From Candidatus Cloacimonadales bacterium (GTDB lineage: Bacteria; Cloacimonadota; Cloacimonadia; Cloacimonadales; JAFGVF01), in assembly GCA_963678315.1 (NCBI GenBank), contig OY782781.1:2432001-2496000 (forward strand): DNA of 64,000 nucleotides. The letters run 5' to 3'. How positions within the stretch are numbered: position 1 is the first letter of the stretch; the number at the start of each line of letters is the position of its first letter. Below the pieces are notes generated by a model, which did not search any database, was not told the origin of the DNA, and was given only the letters and a program-made list of their open reading frames with translations. Positions 58,875 through 64,000 of the stretch are shown one piece after another. Made by a program: the position numbers and the translations under genes.

Positions 58875-60045
58875 TATTTCTTAATTGCTCTATCTTTTCA
58901 AATATTTTTATGCTCAATTCAAACTTAGAACCTTGAAATTCTTCAACAGCATCTCTTGTAATGAGAAATGCTTTTGTATCATCTGAGCCGGAGACATTTA
59001 TATTGTTGGCAATTAGTAAATCTAAATTCTTCTTAATGAGTTTAGCCTTGCCATACTCTATTACATTGTTAGATTCAGCAGCAAATCCGACAAGTATCTG
59101 CCCCTGAACTTTGTTTTGACCAAGATAGTTTAAGATGTCAGTTGTTCTTTCAAGTTCTAAAACCAAATCATCTTTTTTCTTAATCTTTTCAGAAGATTTA
59201 GTGATAGGAGTGTAGTCAGCTACAGCTGCGGTCATAATTATAACATCTTGTTTTTGATAAATTTCTTTTATTGCTTGAAACATAGCTTGAGCAGTGTTTT
59301 CATTTATACAATTTTCAAAATAATAAGGAAGAGGGACAGATATTTTACTGTGCACTAGAGTGGTTGTATTACCGCTAAAATATGCTATTTTAGCTAAGTT
59401 TATTCCCATTCTTCCAGTAGAATGATTAGATATAAATCGCATTGGATCAATTTCTTCTACTGACGCCCCTGCAGAAATTAAGATATTACACTTAGGGAAG
59501 CTAAAGTCTTTAACTAATTCAAATTTAATTAAGTCTAGCACATCTTCATTAGGGGGATATTTGCCTTTACCCTCATAACCACAGGCTAGCATACCCTTGG
59601 CTGGATCCATAACTGTAACACCTTTTGAACGCAAATATGAAACATTATCTTGAACAATTGCATTGTGGTACATGTTTACATTCATGGCAGGAACGAGAAT
59701 AATCTTCTTATGAAAAGCAATTGCTGTAGTGCTTAATAAATCATCTCCAATTCCATGAGCAAGCTTACCTAGTATATTTGCTGTAGCAGGAGCTATAATA
59801 AATATATCAGCCCAATCAGCTAATGAAATATGAGAGATTGGGTCTTCAAGCTCAAATTGGTCAATATAACTTCTTTGACCTGTAATAGCACGAAAGTTAT
59901 TTTCTGAGATGAATTTCAAAGCACTATTAGTTAGAATTGTTCTAACTATCGCACCTTCTTTTTTCAATCTACTAGCCAAATCTATAGCTTTGTAAGCTGC
60001 AATTCCACCAGTTACACCTAACAGTATTTTCTTATCTTTTAGCAT
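58867..60045 (-). CDS. coaBC: Phosphopantothenoylcysteine decarboxylase/ligase
   Basis: LGVTGGIAAYK, APATAN, PAMN..M, LACG..GKG, IDPMRFISNHSTG, AAVADY, VGFAAE. Confidence 0.96.
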   Translation of the reverse strand: MLKDKKILLGVTGGIAAYKAIDLASRLKKEGAIVRTILTNSALKFISENNFRAITGQRSYIDQFELEDPISHISLADWADIFIIAPATANILGKLAHGIGDDLLSTTAIAFHKKIILVPAMNVNMYHNAIVQDNVSYLRSKGVTVMDPAKGMLACGYEGKGKYPPNEDVLDLIKFELVKDFSFPKCNILISAGASVEEIDPMRFISNHSTGRMGINLAKIAYFSGNTTTLVHSKISVPLPYYFENCINENTAQAMFQAIKEIYQKQDVIIMTAAVADYTPITKSSEKIKKKDDLVLELERTTDILNYLGQNKVQGQILVGFAAESNNVIEYGKAKLIKKNLDLLIANNINVSGSDDTKAFLITRDAVEEFQGSKFELSIKIFEKIEQLRNNE

Positions 60046-60206
60046 ATTAATTCCTTTTATTTATAGTAGCTAAAAGGCATAGTTTTGTCAAGAATTTACT
60101 ATTAAAAAAGTAAGAAACCTAAGAAAATATTATTTTTAATTTGTTTTTACAAAACCATAGTTTATATTCTAAATAAATTCGATAATAAATAAAGGAGTTA
60201 TATAAA

Positions 60207-60704
60207 ATGGCTAAAATAACATTACAAGGAAATGAAATTAATACTGTAGGTAATCTTCCAGAAGTTGGAGCAATCGCAAAAGATTTTACTTTAACAAATG
60301 CAGGATTAGCAGACGTTAATTTAAATGAATATAAAGGTAAGAAAGTAATACTTAACATTTTTCCTAGTTTAGACACAGCAGTTTGTGCTGCTTCAGTAAG
60401 AAGATTTAATGCTGAATTAAATAATTTAGATAATACTATTGTGCTATGCATTTCTAGAGATCTTCCATTTGCTCAAGCAAGATTTTGCGGTGCTGAAGGA
60501 TTAGAAAATGTAGTTACATTAAGTGAGATGAAAGATAATGACTTTTCTAATGCTTATGGTGTGAGAATAGTTGATGGTCCACTAGCATCCTTGATGGCAA
60601 GATCTATTGTTGTTATTGATGAAGAAGGTAAGATTGTTTATACTGAGTTAGTTCCTGAAATTGCTCAAGAACCAGACTATGATAAAGCGTTAGCTGCAAT
60701 TTAA
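60207..60704 (+). CDS. tpx: Thiol peroxidase (atypical 2-Cys peroxiredoxin)
   Basis: NIFPSLDTAVC, ISRDLPFAQARFCGAEG, EPDYD. Confidence 0.96.
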   Translation: MAKITLQGNEINTVGNLPEVGAIAKDFTLTNAGLADVNLNEYKGKKVILNIFPSLDTAVCAASVRRFNAELNNLDNTIVLCISRDLPFAQARFCGAEGLENVVTLSEMKDNDFSNAYGVRIVDGPLASLMARSIVVIDEEGKIVYTELVPEIAQEPDYDKALAAI

Positions 60705-60743
60705 GCTAACTAAAACTACCAACAAAACAACCAAAACATAAAT

Positions 60744-60774
60744 AAAGAGACTGCTGTATATTGGCAGTCTCTTT
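60744..60774. terminator. Bidirectional terminator between tpx and malQ
   Basis: AAAGAGACTGC...GCAGTCTCTTT stem with A/T tails. Confidence 0.75.
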
Positions 60775-60797
60775 TATTTTCATTATAACAAAATTAA

Positions 60798-62261
60798 TTA
60801 TCTTTTAGTTGCATTAACCATTTTTGCAAGATTAGCAGTATCAATTTTACCATAGAAATCTTTATCCAAACGTATTGCCCAATTCCCTTTTGCAAGACCA
60901 GGAACATTTAATCGATAAGTAGAATCTAGATTGAGTAGATCTTGAACTGGAATTATAACTAGCTTACTCTTAGAATGATAAGCAAGCTCAATTAGGTCTT
61001 TAGAAATAGTTTCCTGTGAGCAAGAACTTTCAACTTTCCGAATATCAGTTAAGAAACTGTTTAGTCTTGTTATTCCATAATCTGAATATTCTTCATTCTG
61101 ATACCAACCTAATGTTGTGTTGTTATCATGAGTTCCTGTATAGACTACAGTTTCTTCTTTGACTTCAAAAGGATTATATCTATCATCATCAAGGCAGAAG
61201 TGTAACACCTTCATTCCAGGAAGTGAGTAAGATTCTTGCAAAGCTACAACATCTTCATTAATCAAACCTAGATCCTCAGCAATTATATTGATTCTTCCCA
61301 ATGTGTTATGCAAGGTATCGAAGAGCTTATCTTTAGGTCCTATCCCCCACTGACCATCTCTAGCATCAGCTGTCTCAGCAGGAATCTTCCAATATCGACA
61401 AAATCCGATGAAATGATCAAGCCTAATAGAATCAAACATCTCTAGTTGGAATTTAATTCTATTAATCCACCATGAGAAGGCTGTCTCTTCATGTTTTTCC
61501 CATCTATATAAGGGATTATCCCAGACTTGCCCAAGTTCATTAAAATAATCTGGTGGAACTCCAGCTATATGTAGCATTCTGTTATTCTCTAAGTCAAACA
61601 AATCTCTATTGAAATATACATCGCTACTATTGTATGAAACATAAATTGGTAAATCTCCTATAATAGATATCCCTTTTCTAGCAGCATAGTCTTTTAACTT
61701 TCCCCATTGCTTCATAAATATAAACTGTTGGAAGATATTAAACAGATAAGTCTCCTCTGCTAATGTATCAGATAAATCTAAAGATGTAATATCCCAATTA
61801 CACCAATCTTTTTGATTGTTTACATCATACAATGTTTTGAAAGTAGCAAATTCTTTAACCCATGAAAGCTGTTCAAATTGATTAAATTCATTATTATTAT
61901 AATCATAATTTTTGAATGATTCTTTGAGCAATAAAGACTTGGTTTTGGTAACAAGTTCATAATCTATAAATTTAGTCAGTTGAATTTTATGCTGATTAGC
62001 TAATTCTTCAGATATTAGACCCTCTTCTATCAATAAATCAATTGATATTAAATTAGGGTATCCAGCAAAAGATGAAAGAGGAGTGTAGGGAGAATTCCCC
62101 TTTTCCGGATAGGTTAAGGGTAAAATTTGCCAATATGATTGTTTAGCTGAGACAAGAAAGTCAATAAATCTATAAGCAGATGGTCCTAAATCACCTATTC
62201 CCCACTCAGTCGGTAACATTGTAGGATGTAATAATATTCCACAACTTCTTTCCAGCTTCAT
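60798..62261 (-). CDS. malQ: 4-alpha-glucanotransferase (amylomaltase, GH77)
   Basis: GILLHPT, WQILPL, IGDLPIYV, AGVPPDYF...GQ.W.NP, RLDHF, IAEDLG, YTGTHDN. Confidence 0.95.
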   Translation of the reverse strand: MKLERSCGILLHPTMLPTEWGIGDLGPSAYRFIDFLVSAKQSYWQILPLTYPEKGNSPYTPLSSFAGYPNLISIDLLIEEGLISEELANQHKIQLTKFIDYELVTKTKSLLLKESFKNYDYNNNEFNQFEQLSWVKEFATFKTLYDVNNQKDWCNWDITSLDLSDTLAEETYLFNIFQQFIFMKQWGKLKDYAARKGISIIGDLPIYVSYNSSDVYFNRDLFDLENNRMLHIAGVPPDYFNELGQVWDNPLYRWEKHEETAFSWWINRIKFQLEMFDSIRLDHFIGFCRYWKIPAETADARDGQWGIGPKDKLFDTLHNTLGRINIIAEDLGLINEDVVALQESYSLPGMKVLHFCLDDDRYNPFEVKEETVVYTGTHDNNTTLGWYQNEEYSDYGITRLNSFLTDIRKVESSCSQETISKDLIELAYHSKSKLVIIPVQDLLNLDSTYRLNVPGLAKGNWAIRLDKDFYGKIDTANLAKMVNATKR

Positions 62262-63190
62262 CTCTCGCCTCGTTTCAATAGTTTCATAAAGAATACACTC
62301 CCAATAATCGTTGTAATAATACCTACAGGTAGTTCTCCAATCGGACTAATATGAAAAGCAATAAAATCACAAAGTAGTAAGAACAATCCACCACTTATCA
62401 TAGTAAGGAAATAGTTGTTTTTGATATTATCACCAAGTATTAGCCTTAAGATATGAGGAATAATTAGTCCTACAAATCCAATAATACCAGCATAGGAAGT
62501 TACTATTGCAACTAATATAGAGGTTATTATAAATATCTTTTTTCTAATCTTGGAGGTATTGATTCCTAAAGTGTGAGCTGTAACTTCTCCAGTTGATATA
62601 ATATTCAAACTATTAGTTAAGAAGTAAAGGTAAACCATCAGTACCAAAGAGAGTACTGCTAAAGCTAGGAAATATAGCCATTCTGTATTAGTAAATACAT
62701 GGTTCAGACTCCCCATCAATACACTCATAATTGCACTTACTTTATCAGGGAAAAGATAGATATAAAGTGAAATAACAGCACCACATATCATTGATATAAT
62801 TATCCCTGATAAAATCAACTTAACAGAGTTAAAGCTTTTACCTTGTTTAGTTAGCATCCATACAGCTAAAATACTAGAGAAGGCACCAAGAAATCCGAAG
62901 ACTGGCATTAAGAGATAGTAGCCTAAGATGTATGCAGTTATAGCGAATAATGCTGACCCTGAAGAAGTACCTAAAATATAAGGCTCTGCTAAAGGATTGT
63001 TCAATAACATCTGATAAGTATTTCCAATTGTAGCTAATACCATACCAGTTAATAAAGTAAGTACAAACCTAGGTATTCGTATATTTTGGATAACAATTGC
63101 TGATGGAGAACCATAACAGAAATAAAGAACTGTAATTCCAGCAAATATGCTGACAAAAATCGTATAAAAGAGAAGCTTATTATTTGTCAT
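62258..63190 (-). CDS. FecCD/BtuC-family ABC permease
   Basis: RIPR, NPLAEPYILG.SSG, AHTLG, GIIGFVGLIIPH, ELPVG. Confidence 0.9.
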   Translation of the reverse strand: MTNNKLLFYTIFVSIFAGITVLYFCYGSPSAIVIQNIRIPRFVLTLLTGMVLATIGNTYQMLLNNPLAEPYILGTSSGSALFAITAYILGYYLLMPVFGFLGAFSSILAVWMLTKQGKSFNSVKLILSGIIISMICGAVISLYIYLFPDKVSAIMSVLMGSLNHVFTNTEWLYFLALAVLSLVLMVYLYFLTNSLNIISTGEVTAHTLGINTSKIRKKIFIITSILVAIVTSYAGIIGFVGLIIPHILRLILGDNIKNNYFLTMISGGLFLLLCDFIAFHISPIGELPVGIITTIIGSVFFMKLLKRGER

Positions 63191-64000
63191 AGTTCAAGAA
63201 TATTTGATTCATTATCTTTATTGCTTCTATTGAGTTAGGTACACAACGAAAAAGATGATTAGGATTAAGATCTTCTGCAGTATATATCTGTTCATTTCTT
63301 ATAGCTGAAAGATTATTCCAGCCTTTACGTTTACTAATTTCATCTTTGGAAAGACCTGATAAGGCAATTATTATATCTGGATTAAAGTTTAGAATATCTT
63401 CATTCTTTGCAATCAAAAATGATTTATTAATTGACTTGAATATATTCATTCCGCCAGCTTTTGTAATTGCATCAGATATAAATGAAGGTTTGCCTATTGT
63501 TCCCAAGTTTGGTGATATTTCGAAATATACTTTAGGACTATTTTCTGGTAAAGTCAAAGAATCAAGTTCTTTTTGAAAGTTGCTGATTATTTCATTACCT
63601 TTATCTTCTTTTCCAATGATAGCTGCTATTTTATTTACATTATTATAAAAAGATTCGATTGAAGTTGAGTTAATAACCTCTACTTTAATACCATAATTTG
63701 CTAACTTTTCACTTTGACTTTCTTGCTCCATATTAGCAGTAAAAACTATATCTGGTGAAATATCTAGTACCTTTTCAATATCAATTGTAGAAAAATCTCC
63801 AACAATCTCAATCTTATCCATTTGGTTTGGAGTATCGCAGTAACTTGCTCTTCCGACAATCCTGTCTAAAGATCCTAGTTCATAAATAACTTCAGCTACT
63901 TCTGGCGAAGTTACAACAATACTTTCAATATCATTCTTCTTTTTATTACTTTCTGCTAAACACCCTGTCAAACAAATTATAATAAGATAAATGATAAGAA
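63180..64000 (-). CDS. BtuF-like periplasmic binding lipoprotein (start lies beyond the window)
   Basis: Frame stays open past 63971 (..LIIYLIIICLTGC lipobox); IVVTSP, IEKVL...PDIV, AGG.NI, AIRNEQIY. Confidence 0.85.
   Translation of the reverse strand, partial: LIIYLIIICLTGCLAESNKKKNDIESIVVTSPEVAEVIYELGSLDRIVGRASYCDTPNQMDKIEIVGDFSTIDIEKVLDISPDIVFTANMEQESQSEKLANYGIKVEVINSTSIESFYNNVNKIAAIIGKEDKGNEIISNFQKELDSLTLPENSPKVYFEISPNLGTIGKPSFISDAITKAGGMNIFKSINKSFLIAKNEDILNFNPDIIIALSGLSKDEISKRKGWNNLSAIRNEQIYTAEDLNPNHLFRCVPNSIEAIKIMNQIFLNYDK

Noticed and set aside
37808..63576. Opposite-strand and alternative-frame ORFs in the housekeeping region (e.g. 48114-48569, 51420-51785, 56597-57073, 60119-60451)
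   Set aside because: They overlap conserved genes almost entirely and have shadow-like composition.

Overview
AT-rich bacterial chromosomal window. The many secreted proteins ending in an 'NYPNPFNPxT...YNxxGQxVK...SGxYF...KKMxLxK' FlgD-Ig/Por-type C-terminal domain (CTD) suggest an FCB-group organism, possibly Cloacimonadota (inference). Roughly 1-36 kb is accessory. It holds an IS1182-family element inserted into a palindromic terminator (17-bp TIRs, AGCT duplication) and large secreted CTD proteins (S8 protease, beta-helix proteins, VIT-vWA). It also holds an intact-looking but incomplete phage morphogenesis block: neck genes, portal, XkdF-protease/capsid fusion, tail tube, a chaperone pair with a -1 slippery site, and a Dam-like methylase, with no terminase, tape measure or integrase. 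Further on are an ECF-sigma/secreted-protein module, a cluster of repeated motifs resembling transposable-phage ends (21.9-22.35 kb and 24.36-24.46 kb), a CI-like repressor facing a Cro/Ner-like pseudogene, and a cohesin/dockerin two-gene operon. Roughly 36-64 kb is mostly housekeeping (cutC, rsmI, kbl, pdxJ, pgsA, nadA, dut, ispA, xseB, ftsY, birA, queA, coaBC, tpx, malQ, Btu-like ABC). It also contains an EIIA/CPA2/PII-like/CPA2 operon, a second CI-like repressor paralogue, a degenerate FtsEX-like pair and several REP/MITE-like palindromes. No rRNA, tRNA or CRISPR array was recognised. All calls come from reading motifs by eye; no searches were run.
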